A DNA stretch of 64,000 nucleotides from an uncultured Chthonomonadaceae bacterium (GCA_963817895.1 CAWFQB010000003.1:683651-747650), one strand, 5' to 3'; shown: positions 18,637 to 30,017, counted from the first letter of the stretch. A program made the numbers and translations. Notes: generated by a model not told the origin, from the sequence alone.

Positions 18637-21232
18637 TTGATTACACCCGAGATGGTGCGCGAAATGGGCTTGAACGAGCGCGAGTATCAGCAGGTACTCG
18701 ACACGCTGGGGCGCGAACCGACGATTACGGAACTGGGCATGTTCAGCGTGATGTGGTCGGAACACTGCGGCTACAAGTATTCCCGCCCCGTCCTCGCCCT
18801 GTTCAAGAACTACAAGGAAGCGCAGGAGACAGGGCGCGCTGGAAAACGCGGGCGTGATTCCGCTGGATGACAAGCTCGGCATCTGCTTCAAGATCGAATC
18901 GCACAACCACCCGTCTGCCGTGGAGCCGTTTCAGGGCGCGGCAACGGGCGTGGGCGGCATTTTGCGCGACATTTTCACGATGGGCGCGCGTCCCATCGCC
19001 AACCTCAACTCCCTCCGCTTCGGCCCCCTCGACGATCCCCGCAACCGCTACCTGTTTGAACACGCCGTCGCCGGTATAGCCAATTATGGTAATTGCGTGG
19101 GCGTTCCCACGGTTGCGGGCGAAATCGCTTTTCATCCCTGCTACAGCGGCAATCCGCTTGTCAACGCCATGTCGGTCGGCGTCGTGGAACTGGGCAAGGT
19201 GGCGAGCGCGGCGGCAAAGGGCGTGGGCAACCCGGTCATTTATGTCGGCAGCAGCACGGGCAAGGACGGCATTCACGGCGCGACGTTCGCCAGCGTGGAA
19301 CTCGGCCCGGACAGCGAAAGCAAGCGCCCGAATGTGCAGATGGGCGATCCGTTCATGGAAAAACTGCTCATCGAAGCCACTCTGGAAGCCCTCGATACCG
19401 GCTTTGTGGTCGGCATTCAGGACATGGGCGCGGCGGGACTGACCTGCTCGACGTGCGAAACGGCCTCCAAAGCGGGCAACGGCATGGAAATAGACGTTCG
19501 CAAAGTTCCCCTGCGCGAAGCCGACATGACGCCGTATGAGATCATGCTGTCCGAGTCGCAGGAGCGCATGTTGTGCATCGCGCAGGCCGGAACCGAAAAC
19601 CGCGTGATGGACGTGTTCAAAAAGTGGGGATTGAACGCGGCTGTCATCGGCTTTGTGACCGATGACAAAATGGTTCGCGTGAAAGACAACGGCGAAGTGG
19701 TTGCGGAAGTTCCCGCCAAAGCCCTCACCAACGAATGTCCCACCTACTACCTCGAAACCGAAGAGCCGGACTACATCAAGCAGGTTCAGGCGTTTGATTT
19801 TTCCACCCTGCTGGAACCCGGTGTCGGACAGAATACGCAAACAAACGACGAGGAAAACGAGGAAGAAGTTTCTCCCGACACGTCCGACGCAGAATTGATA
19901 CAGTTGCTTCGGGAATGTGTTAGCGGTTTGCCGGACGAATACCAACGGGTCATAGAATTGCGATGGTTCGACGATCATACTTATAATCAAATCGCAGGTA
20001 TCACAGGTTTGGCAGTGCCGGAAGTCAAAACGCGACTGAAGCAGGCGCGTAATGCTTTGCGCCCGCGACTAGAAGCCCTTCCAGGGAAACAAATGGTCGC
20101 CGCACTTGCAGCGTTGCAAAGACAACAAAAACTACGCGATCAGAACGACATTCCCTCGGATGCCCCGTTCACCTACCAAGAGGCTTTGATGTGCCTGCTT
20201 GACGCGCCCAATATCGCCAGCAAAAACTATGTGACCGAACAGTACGACAGCATGGTACAAACCTTGACGGTCGCTATGCCGGGTTCGGACGCGGCGATTT
20301 TGCGGATACGGGGCAGTCAAAAAGGGATTGCGGTCAAGATTGACGGGAACGGGCGGTATGGCTACCTTGACCCGTTTGTTGGCGGGCAGATCGCGGTTGC
20401 CGAGGCCGCGCGCAATGTCGCCTGCGTGGGTGCGCGTCCCGCAGCCGTGACGGACAACCTCAATTTCGCCAATCCCGAAAAACCGACCGGCTTTTGGCAG
20501 TTCCGGCGCAGCGTGGAGGGGATTGCCAAAGCGACGGAAGCGTTCGGTACGCCCGTTGTGTCCGGCAACGTCAGCTTTTACAACGAAACGCCCGAATACG
20601 GCCCCATTTTCCCGACTCCTACGATTGGCATGTTGGGTATACTGGACGATGTGAACAAACGAACGCAGGCCGCGTTCCGCCCGGACGCCGAGGGCGACAC
20701 CATTGTACTGCTGACGGCCTACGACGATCCGAACGGCGGCATGGGCGGCAGCGAGTATTTAAACGTGATACATGGCGTGGAAGCGGGCATACCGCCGCAC
20801 ATTGATCTGGAAGGCGAGAAGCGGCTGCATACCCTGCTGTTGGAGTGCATCGGAGAGGGCATGTTCGCCAGTTGCCACGATATTTCCGATGGCGGGTTGG
20901 CGGTTTGCCTTGCCGAGAAGTGCATGTTGAGCAATCAGGGCGCGTTGGTGTTGCTGAAGAAAAACGAGGATGAAAACGCGCTGCCGCTTTCCGCCACGCT
21001 TTTTGGCGAAGCGCAGGGCCGCGTCGTCGTTTCCATCCGCACCGAAAAGCAGTTTTCCAAACTAAAATCACGGGCGGAGCAGCTGGGTATTCGCGCCGAT
21101 TGGATAGGCACAGTTGGCGGCGAAAACCTGCGTATCGCGCTTGGCCCAACCGACATCATTGACCTGCCCGTATCGCAACTAACCGCCGTATACCAGAACG
21201 CCATACCGCGCCGCATGACTACAACCGTCTAA
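18637..21232 (+). CDS. purL: Phosphoribosylformylglycinamidine synthase subunit PurL (small type; frameshift near 18830; in-frame ~118-aa insertion)
   Basis: [64 protein letters not shown] then TTG at 18637. Confidence 0.93.
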
Positions 21233-21416
21233 CTTTAGAAACTTTCTGTCATTGTACCGCGTAAGTTACAACCGTCACTGCTGTTTTCCTGTAGTCCTTT
21301 CGGAGTAGTTTTCCTATTCCCTATTAACAAGATGCGGCATGAGTCGCACACGCCTGCTGTTTGTGATCTAATGTGCGTGGAGAGTCCCCAGCGCATTGCG
21401 CGAAGGAGCATGTTCA

Positions 21417-23039
21417 ATGACACCCGTTTTGACCGCCCCACTCGAACGACCGTCCCTGCCACCGATGCAGGGGGAACCGGTACGCGCCCTTGCATCGCCT
21501 TTCGATCCCAGCAGCGCGGACAGCCTGCTTTCCAACTCCCAAAATGTCCCTGACGACGATTGGGAGCGCGACAATCCCAAAGAGGAGTGCGGCGTCTTCG
21601 GCATCTTCGCGCCGGGTGAGGAGGTGGCGCGCACTACCTTTTTCGGCCTGTTCGCCCTGCAGCACCGGGGGCAGGAGAGCGCGGGAATCGCGGTTTCCAA
21701 TGGTCGCCACATTGAGACGCATAAAAAGATGGGGCTGGTCACGCAGGTTTTTGAGGAAGAGGACATTCTGCGCCTGAAAGGGATCAGCGCCATCGGGCAT
21801 ACGCGCTATTCCACAACCGGGTCAAGCGTCCTGTGCAACGCGCAGCCGATTTCCGGCACGTCCAAAGTGGGTGAAATCGCCATCGCGCACAACGGCAATC
21901 TTGTCAACACGCAGGCGCTGCGCCAGGAACTCGAAGCGGAAGGCTGCAAGTTTGAAACCAGCAATGACAGCGAAGTGATCGCGCAACTGCTCGCGCATCT
22001 GCATCACGACTGCATTGAAGAGACGGTGAAAGCGGCCATGCTGCGCTTACAGGGCGCGTACTCGCTCGTGATTTTAACGCCGGACAAACTGATTGGCGTC
22101 CGCGACAGTTACGGCGTTCGCCCGCTGTGTCTGGGCATTATAGATGACAAGCATTACGTGCTGGCTTCTGAATCCTGCGCCCTGATTCCCGTCGGGGCGC
22201 AGTATGTGCGCGAAATCGAGCCGGGTGAAGTGGTTGTGATTGACCACGACGGCCTACACGAATTTCAGGCCATCCCAACCAAACAGCACGCCACCTGTCT
22301 GTTCGAGTTTATCTATTTCGCCCGTCCCGATAGCATGCTGTACGGACGTTCGCTGCATCAGGCGCGGCAGCGTATGGGGCAGGAACTCGCCCGCGAACAT
22401 CCCGTACCCGGCGCGCATGTCGTAATTCCCGTGCCGGATACCAGTATTCCCGCCGCCATCGGCTACGCTGAAGCCTCGCATATCCCCTACGGCGAAGGCG
22501 TGATTAAAAACCGCTATATTCAGCGCACGTTTATTCAGCCCTCGCAGCAGATGCGCGAAATGGGCGCGAAAATGAAGTATTCGCCCCTTAAAGAGACGCT
22601 GGCGGGCAAAAAAGTGGTTGTGGTGGACGACAGTATTGTGCGCGGCACGACGACCGGCAAACTCGTCAAAATGTTGTTTGATGCCGGGGCTGTCGAGGTG
22701 CATGTCCGCATTACGGCTCCGCCCGTCCGACATCCCTGCTACTACGGCATTGACATGGCAAACCAGAACGAGTTGGTTGCCGCCCGCCTGAGCGTGAAAC
22801 AAATCTGCGAACTCATCGGCGCGACCAGTCTGGGCTACCTTTCCCTTGACGGCGTGGTTCGCGCGGTCGGCATGCACAAGGATAAATTCTGCCGCGCCTG
22901 TTTCGACGGCAAGTACCCCATTCCCGTGCCGGAAGATGTGCGCAACAGCAAACTGATGCTGGAAGAGGAGCGCAACGCCACAGAACTCGAACACGCGGAG
23001 GGTGGTCCCGACGACGGCTCTCCCGACACGCATGAGTAG
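21417..23039 (+). CDS. purF: Amidophosphoribosyltransferase
   Basis: Propeptide then EECGVFG, LQHRGQES, VVVVDDSIVRGTT, CYYGIDM, FCRACFDG. Confidence 0.95.
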   Translation: MTPVLTAPLERPSLPPMQGEPVRALASPFDPSSADSLLSNSQNVPDDDWERDNPKEECGVFGIFAPGEEVARTTFFGLFALQHRGQESAGIAVSNGRHIETHKKMGLVTQVFEEEDILRLKGISAIGHTRYSTTGSSVLCNAQPISGTSKVGEIAIAHNGNLVNTQALRQELEAEGCKFETSNDSEVIAQLLAHLHHDCIEETVKAAMLRLQGAYSLVILTPDKLIGVRDSYGVRPLCLGIIDDKHYVLASESCALIPVGAQYVREIEPGEVVVIDHDGLHEFQAIPTKQHATCLFEFIYFARPDSMLYGRSLHQARQRMGQELAREHPVPGAHVVIPVPDTSIPAAIGYAEASHIPYGEGVIKNRYIQRTFIQPSQQMREMGAKMKYSPLKETLAGKKVVVVDDSIVRGTTTGKLVKMLFDAGAVEVHVRITAPPVRHPCYYGIDMANQNELVAARLSVKQICELIGATSLGYLSLDGVVRAVGMHKDKFCRACFDGKYPIPVPEDVRNSKLMLEEERNATELEHAEGGPDDGSPDTHE

Positions 23040-23044
23040 GAGAT

Positions 23045-23185
23045 TTTTCACCACCAAGACACCAAGAAAGAGAAAAGAAGAAAAGGAGAAGAGGAGTAGA
23101 CATCATTCGTTAATAGCGTATGTTTCTTTATTCAATTGTTGCTTTTCTACTTTAACTTGGTGTTCTTGGTGTCTTGTGGTGAAAT
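23045..23185. repeat. Palindromic element with CACCAAGA-type arms
   Basis: tttcaccaccaagacaccaagaa ... ttggtgttcttggtgtcttgtggtgaaa around an AT-rich core. Confidence 0.75.
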
Positions 23186-23243
23186 CATTTTCCTGAAGCC
23201 TGCTGTGGATTTGTAACGTCGAAGGGAGCAGGAGGACACAAAT

Positions 23244-24080
23244 ATGTTGGAAATGGTTGATCCCTTTGCGAAAAAGCCCACGCGGGGGCAGGTGGCCGCG
23301 CTGATTGTTTTGTCGGTGGCGGGGGTGGCGGGATTGCGGTTGTTGGGCGCGCGCAAAATCAATGGCGCGGAACGGCTGGCGGAAGCCCTGCTGGATACGG
23401 AAAAACTGAATGAGGCGCAGCGCAGTCTGCCGGAAGCGTCGGAAACTGTGCTGGCGAACTGCGCCGCGTATGTCGTGGGCGTCGCTTACCGCGCGGCGGA
23501 GGGGCAGGGTATTGGCGGCGTAGCGGAAGACCCCATCGGGCATAGCCGTACCCATAATCATCCCTATACCCATGCCGTAACGACCGTGCTTACCGAGTCT
23601 CATGCGCCCGATCATCTGCTGACGTATGCGGTGAATCTGCCCGAAATCGGCGAAGTGCGCGGAACGCGGCGTATCGGAAGCCTGCGCGTCACCGGACTTT
23701 CTCCCGCCCGTCCCGCCGCCGATACCGTTCAAATCACGCTCACGCACGACTACACGGCGCAGATGGAAACCGAGTTCGAGATCGCGGATTATCTTGTCAT
23801 GGGGCATACCCGCGTGTTCGGTTCGGCCACCCTGCGCGACAACAAAGGCAATGTGGGGCGCATTAACATCGGCTTCGACGGCACGGTGACGGGAACCATA
23901 ACTCGCGAAGCCCGCGTTGTCGGACGCTTCGAGGGCAAAGTCTCAACGGGCGTTACCTTCCGGCAATACGACCTGCCGCCTGCCGACGCCACCGGCAGCG
24001 ACACGCCCGCCGACACATCCACCGACAACGGCCCAACCGTTGATCCCAATCCTGCGCCCGATACGCCGCCTGTCGAGTAA
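23244..24080 (+). CDS. Hypothetical membrane-anchored protein with Pro/Asp/Thr-rich tail
   Basis: AGGAGG RBS, N-terminal TM, 278-aa ORF with host-like codon usage. Confidence 0.65.
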   Translation: MLEMVDPFAKKPTRGQVAALIVLSVAGVAGLRLLGARKINGAERLAEALLDTEKLNEAQRSLPEASETVLANCAAYVVGVAYRAAEGQGIGGVAEDPIGHSRTHNHPYTHAVTTVLTESHAPDHLLTYAVNLPEIGEVRGTRRIGSLRVTGLSPARPAADTVQITLTHDYTAQMETEFEIADYLVMGHTRVFGSATLRDNKGNVGRINIGFDGTVTGTITREARVVGRFEGKVSTGVTFRQYDLPPADATGSDTPADTSTDNGPTVDPNPAPDTPPVE

Positions 24081-24134
24081 GCGCAAAACTTGGTCAGACA
24101 CAGGCCAGATACTCAATAGCAAAAGAGGGTTCGT

Positions 24135-24404
24135 ATGCCAGTCATTTTTGATAGAGTCGTTCACCTCTCCGAAGAGCGAGCAACCCGCCTGGGACAACTT
24201 GCATCCGCCAGTGGAACAACGGAAGACGCGCTGATTGAAAAAGCGATTGATATTCTGCTTGAAATTAGCCAACGCGAAAGCGGCGCAGAGCGTCAGGCAT
24301 GGAGTGAGGCAAGCCTTCTCGCGTTGCAGCGCGTCTGGGATAATGACGCCGATAAGGTGTATGACAATTGGAGAGAACTTTACGGCGTTCAACTAACTTC
24401 CTAA
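24135..24404 (+). CDS. Putative ribbon-helix-helix antitoxin-like protein
   Basis: VVHLSEE..LA..SGTTEDALIEKAI; C-terminal LQRVWDNDADKVYDNW resembles antitoxins found upstream of PemK/MazF toxins. Confidence 0.5.
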   Translation: MPVIFDRVVHLSEERATRLGQLASASGTTEDALIEKAIDILLEISQRESGAERQAWSEASLLALQRVWDNDADKVYDNWRELYGVQLTS

Positions 24405-24410
24405 TCTCTT

Positions 24411-25454
24411 ATGACTGACCAACGAATAACCTATCGAGATGCGGGCGTAGATATTGACGCCGCCAATGACGCCATGCAACGCATCAAGGCGCATGTGCGC
24501 AGCACGTTTACGCCCGGAGTGTTGACCGACATCGGCAGTTTCAGCGGCATGTTTTCGCTTGCCGCCCTGCCGCAATACCAGCATCCTGTTCTGGTTTCGA
24601 GCATTGACGGCGTTGGCACGAAACTAAAAGTGGCTATCGCCGTCGGCAAGCACGATACTATAGGGCGCGATCTGGTAAACCATTGCGTCAACGACATTCT
24701 GGTACAGGGCGCGCGACCGCTCTTCTTTCTAGATTATTTCGCGACCGGAAAGTTGTCGCCTGCTGTTGTGGAAGATGTTGTCAAAGGATTGGCGGAGGGT
24801 TGTCGCGAAGCAGGGTGCGCCCTGATTGGCGGCGAAACGGCGGAAATGCCGGGTTTGTACGCGGATGGCGATTACGACCTTGCCGGGTGCATCGTGGGCA
24901 TTCTCGACCGTGACCGCATCATTGACGGTTCGCGAGTTCAGGTAGGGGATACGCTTGTCGGCATGGCGTCGAGCGGCCTGCACACGAATGGCTATTCGCT
25001 TGCTCGCCGCGTTCTGCTGGATAGTGACAATCCCCTGCCGCTGGACGAATTTTTTCCCGCTTTAGGGCGCACGCTCGGCGAGGAACTGCTTGCCACGCAT
25101 CGCTGTTATGCCCCTGCCGTGCTTGCCCTGCTTGATGAGTTCGATATACACGGCATGGCGCATCTCACGGGCGGCGGCTTTTATGAAAACATTCCGCGCA
25201 TCCTGCCCTCCGATTGCAGCGTCACCATCGAACGCCGCAACTGGCCCGTTCCCCCTATCTTTTCCTTGATTCAGGAGCGCGGCAACGTTCCCGAACCCGA
25301 AATGTACCGCACCTTCAACATGGGCATCGGCTTCGTCCTCGTCGTTCCCCCCGAACAAGCCCCTCTGCTCGCCCACCGCCTGAACGCCCTCAACGAATCC
25401 GCCTATATCATCGGCGACGTGATTCGCGGCGGGCATGAGGTGAGCATACCATGA
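24411..25454 (+). CDS. purM: Phosphoribosylformylglycinamidine cyclo-ligase
   Basis: TYRDAGVDI, DGVGTKL, LIGGETAEMPG, SSGLHTNGYSL, HLTGGG, TFNMGIG. Confidence 0.96.
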   Translation: MTDQRITYRDAGVDIDAANDAMQRIKAHVRSTFTPGVLTDIGSFSGMFSLAALPQYQHPVLVSSIDGVGTKLKVAIAVGKHDTIGRDLVNHCVNDILVQGARPLFFLDYFATGKLSPAVVEDVVKGLAEGCREAGCALIGGETAEMPGLYADGDYDLAGCIVGILDRDRIIDGSRVQVGDTLVGMASSGLHTNGYSLARRVLLDSDNPLPLDEFFPALGRTLGEELLATHRCYAPAVLALLDEFDIHGMAHLTGGGFYENIPRILPSDCSVTIERRNWPVPPIFSLIQERGNVPEPEMYRTFNMGIGFVLVVPPEQAPLLAHRLNALNESAYIIGDVIRGGHEVSIP

Positions 25455-26200
25455 CATACGAGGAAAAAGGAGAAAGGAAAAAGGAAAAAGTGGATTCTTT
25501 CAATACGGAGGCTTTCTCCTTTCTCCTTTCTCCTTTTTCCTGCCTGCTATGGGATATTGACGGCACACTTATTGACACCACGACGCTGATTGTGGATTCG
25601 CTGGACTTTGTGTATCGCCGCTATTTTGGGCGAACGCTGCCGCCGGATGACATTCGCGCTCTGATTGGCACACCGCTGTACAAGCAAATCCGCGTGTTTG
25701 GCGAACTGGAAACGTTGGGCGTGGACGAGCAGGCGATTATGGCGGATTTCATCGCGTATTATGAGGCGCATCGGGATCAGGAACGGATACTGGAAGAGGT
25801 GACGGCCATACTGATTGAGGGCAAGAAGCGGGGTTTTCCGACCGCGCTGATTACGTCTAAAAATCAGGAAGAACTCGACAATACCCTGCCGCGCCTGCAT
25901 ATCGCCGAGTATGTAGATTTCGCCATCACCGCCGATGATGTCACCCATCCCAAACCCGACCCGGAAGGTATGCGCCTTGCCCTTGCCCGCCTGAACATTC
26001 CCGCCGAACAAGCCCCCTCCGCCGTATACATCGGCGACACCATTCACGACATGCAGGCCGCAAAATCCGCAGGCGTTCAATCTGTCGGCGTGACATGGGG
26101 CGCGGCAGGACGCGACCGCCTTTCCGCCGAATCCCCCACCTACCTGTGCGACACCCCCGCCGCGTTGAAAGATTTATTATTTCACCACCCGCTGCGCTAG
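25451..26200 (+). CDS. HAD-family hydrolase (PpaX / phosphoglycolate phosphatase-like)
   Basis: WDIDGTLID, TSK, KPDP, YIGDTIHD; N-terminus encoded by a repeat hairpin. Confidence 0.85.
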   Translation: MTYEEKGERKKEKVDSFNTEAFSFLLSPFSCLLWDIDGTLIDTTTLIVDSLDFVYRRYFGRTLPPDDIRALIGTPLYKQIRVFGELETLGVDEQAIMADFIAYYEAHRDQERILEEVTAILIEGKKRGFPTALITSKNQEELDNTLPRLHIAEYVDFAITADDVTHPKPDPEGMRLALARLNIPAEQAPSAVYIGDTIHDMQAAKSAGVQSVGVTWGAAGRDRLSAESPTYLCDTPAALKDLLFHHPLR

Positions 26201-26250
26201 AGACACAGAGAGCCTCTCTGTGTCTCTGTGTCTCTAGCGTAGCGGGTGGT
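26186..26250. repeat. Palindromic element between convergent genes
   Basis: accacccgctgcgctagagacacagagag ... ctctgtgtctctgtgtctctagcgtagcgggtggt. Confidence 0.75.
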
Positions 26251-26255
26251 TAGTT

Positions 26256-29200
26256 TCATTCAATCGGCACGGTGCGGGTGGCGAAGTCGTATCCGGCAAT
26301 CGTCGGCTCGTTGGTCAGCAGCACGAAGTCGGCGCGAACGTCCTTGCCTTCGCGGGCTTTGAGGACAAGGGTATGCGAGTCTTTGGTCAAATTGACTGTG
26401 CCGACGAGCAGCGTTTGGCCTGCCCGCGTTTTCTCCGTTTCCGCGGAACCTACCGCTTCGCCATCAAGCAGAACGTCTACCGCTTCCGGTTTGCCGTTGC
26501 GCAGGCAGCGCGTGAACAGTTTGTAGCGTCCCGGCACCTCAACCTTGAACTTGGTGACAATCGCGGTTGCCGCTGTCAGCCGTACCGCGCTTGCGCCCTC
26601 GCCGGGACTGCAATCGGGGGCGGACAAACGGTTTGAGCGTTCCCAATCCGGTAAACGCCTCGCACTCAAACAGCAGTTCTTGCGGGGGCGGATTCAGATA
26701 AATCGCGCTGATGCCATGCGCTTCGATTTTCAATGTCCAGGCGTTTTCTAAGGGCGTCGCAACCTGATTTTTCCACTGCGCGAACAGGGCTGCGGGAATT
26801 TTGACGGTTTTGGTGACGGCCACATCTTTCGGATTGTAGTACAGGATTTTATCGGTAAACAGCGTGGCGTATACCCCATCCGCGCTGTCGTCAATGGGCA
26901 GGGCATCCCTGCGCGTCGGGTCAATCTGCGACAGGTGGTACATGGCCTGCCGAACCACCTCCAGATAGCCTTTCAGCAGCGATTTATTGGCGGGGAAGTA
27001 GATGGTCAGCCCTTTGCCGTACAATCGCGCCCAGGATTGTTCCGGCTTTTCGTACTTCGGGTTCAGGAAGCGCAAATCCAGTTCGCGGGCAAGGCGTCCG
27101 GGGGGAGGGAGGGCGGCAGGGTCTTCCGCTGTTCCCTGCTCCACAAGTTGAACGTACTGCACCCGGATGCCAAGCGGTTTGGTGTCTGCGCTGTCCGGCG
27201 CGATTTTGTTGTTGCGGCAGGGTATCGGATTGGATTGTCAGGGTCGCCAGCGAACGGCCCGTCAACACCCCTTCGGGAATGGGGAAGCGGTAGGTAACAT
27301 CGCCCGTCGAGGACATATCCCCAAGTTTGATGTTGTCGCGGCGCGCGCTGAGAAACACCTGATGTTTCAGCCCTTCGGCCTCCGGGGGCAGGGTTGCGCG
27401 AACAATCAGAGTATAGCGTTTGTCGGGCAGAACGGGCAGGCGCACAGTGGCTTTGTCGCCCGTCCAGCGGAACGTGTTGCCGTCCTCATCCTTTTCCGCG
27501 TCCTGCCACGTATCGCCCAGATAGTCGGCCTGTTCCGGCTTGCCGACGCTGATACGGTACTGCGGCGGCATATTGCCCGCATAGCGTTCGGTCACGCGGG
27601 CGGGCGCAAGTTCCTTGTAGTAGCCGAACAAGTCCTGAAACCAACTGTCGTCGCCCGCGAATGTCCGCACCTTGCCGAAGTCGTAGGCGAGCAGGACGCC
27701 GCCCTCTTCCACCCATGCTTTGATTTTCGCCAGCGTTTCCGGTTCGGCAAGCAGTCCCTCCCACAGCACGAGAACGCGATACCCGGACAGGCAGCCGTCG
27801 CGCACCATGCGGTCGTCTACGATGTCGAAATTGCCCACGTCGCGCAGATACGCGCAGGCGCGGGTAAAGGTCTGGGCGGTCGGCTGCGTGACGCGCAGAC
27901 GCTGCGCTTCGGCGGGATAGAACATCGCAACATCCACAACCGGCTTTTCCACGCGCAGAAACTTGCCGTAGCGATAATACACGTCGCGGTTGTTGACGGC
28001 ATTGCTGGCCCAATCGAAATAGCCCGTAGAACCCTGCGACACGGACTTCAAAAATCCGCTCCACCTCCTCATTGGGCGTCAAGGCTCCCGGCGGCTCCGT
28101 CCAGAAGGGCGCGCCATAAAACCGGGACGCGCTGCCCAATCGTCCGAGCATGGAAGCGGCATTGTCGGCAAACGGCTTGTACCGTCCGTGCGTGGAGCGC
28201 ACATCGGCTTTATATTTGGCGGCGAGTTTGGGGATCAGGCTGTTGTCGTTGCCGCCGCGCACGTCTTCATCCCCGAATCCGGCGGGCAGCATCAGGAGGG
28301 TATCGGGAAAGCGGGTTCGCGCCGCGCGCAGATTCAGTTCAATCGCCCGCCCCACGCCGCCCTGATACCACGCGACGAAATCCAGCCACGCCCGCCGGTT
28401 TTCCACGTTCGGCTCCGGGTTGGGGATGGGCGGATACACAATCTCTTCCGGCGATTGAAACTGCTTGTTCCAGGCCGCATTGACGCCCGACAACCGAGCC
28501 GTATTTTTGCAGCATCTGCGCCCGGAAGTCCTGCCGCGCAATCGGGTCGGCGCACCAGAACCCAGATGGTCGTGCAGATTGCCGAACCGATGCTGCCAGT
28601 CCTCTTTCTGCCCCGGCACCGCCACCCGCGCCCCCATCAGCATCCCCGCCTCGCCATAATCGCCGTGAACGCCGACATACAGCGCGGTACAGGCGTTGAG
28701 GCGTTGGGCGTTGAGGTGATTGGGTCTCCTCTTCTCCTCTTCTCCTCTTCTCCTTTTCTGAATTGCTTTGCCAGCGCGTCGTAGCCGTGTTCGATGAAGT
28801 CGGGCCATTTCGGGTCCCAGGGAGAGAAGGCGCGGACGGGCTGATTGTGTTCCAGGCATTGGATTTGCGTAAAGTCGCTGTACCACTTCGGCGGAAACGC
28901 TTCGTGCGGGAAATAGCACCAGTCCAAGCCGAGTTTATCAACGGCCTGCCGCGACGGTTTCGGCGCTGCGGAAATCCCACTGGCCGGGTTTGGTTTCTTC
29001 GGTGGAAAGGTGGTCGGAGTCGGTTTGAAACAGGGTGAAACCGGCGTTGTTGAGAATTTGCATGTCCGATTGCGTGGACACGCTGGACGCCAGCAGCATC
29101 CGGTCGCCGACATTGCGCTGCCGGGTATAGGGGTTTTCGTCCGGCTTGCCGCCCGCGCGAATGTCCCAGAGCCGCACAAGGCGCGTGTAATCGGGCGTGG

Positions 29201-30017
29201 GCGCTCCGCGCAGGGTTCCCCAGGGCGCGCCGCCTGCCGGGGCGATTTCCGTCGCCGTTTTCCAGGTTTTATCGTCCAGCGCAAGGCTGTTCCAGGCAAG
29301 GGGCGGATTGCGCAGGGTGCGGACGTGGCTGTTGGACACCAGCGTGACGGTTCGCGCCGCCGAGGTTTTGATGGTCAGTTTGTACAGCAGTCCGCCCACC
29401 CCGCCCGTGTTGCGGCAGGAAATGCCCAGCACGTTGTCGCCGGCTTTCAGCAGCCGCGTCACATCGTACTCGCGTACCGTGGTCCAGTCATTGGCTTCGG
29501 CAACGGGTTTCGCGCTTCCATTGATGTACGCCTGGTAGCTGTCATCGGCGGTAATCAGCAGCCGCGCCGAAATGGGCGTTCGGGCAAGCGTGAAGCGTTG
29601 CCGAAAATACACGGTTTCCGGCGGGCGCGTTCCATCCGCCGCCCATATCCACTTCCAGACTTCAATTGGAGATTGACGATTTTCGATTGACGATTGGGGA
29701 TTGACAGATGTTGGCTGCCCCTTGCCGACAGAGGGTTGGACTGGCTTTTTATCGCTTTTCGCGCCCGCCTTTTGAGAAGCGGCGTCAGTCGGCGGCTTAC
29801 CTGTTGATTTGCCTGCGTTCGCGCCGGAACCGGACGCCGATTTCCCGTTTGCCGTTGCCGCCTTTGTTTTCGGTATGGGCGGCGCGGCAGGGGCAGGCGC
29901 AGCCCTATCCTGCGCCAGAGCCTTTACAGGAAGCGCAATTCCAATCGGCAATCGGCAATCGGCAATCGAAAATATCACAAGCGCGAACAAAACGCAAAAG
30001 CGCGGCATACGGTACAT
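26256..30017 (-). CDS. Large secreted glycoside hydrolase (beta-galactosidase/GH42-like, family uncertain) with N-terminal carbohydrate-binding beta-sandwich; several frameshifts
   Basis: Signal peptide; WIW..VYFRQRF..ITADDSY..GDNVLGI; GQWDF, GVHGDYGEAG, FWTEPPG; trimerisation-like YRVLVLWEG; consecutive overlapping ORFs 28938-30068, 28339-28980, 27486-28919, 26984-28072, 26539-27162, 26256-26669. Confidence 0.6.

Noticed and set aside
19820..20173. PurL insertion as an intein
   Set aside because: No N-terminal Cys/Ser block A and no C-terminal HN/HQ followed by C/S/T
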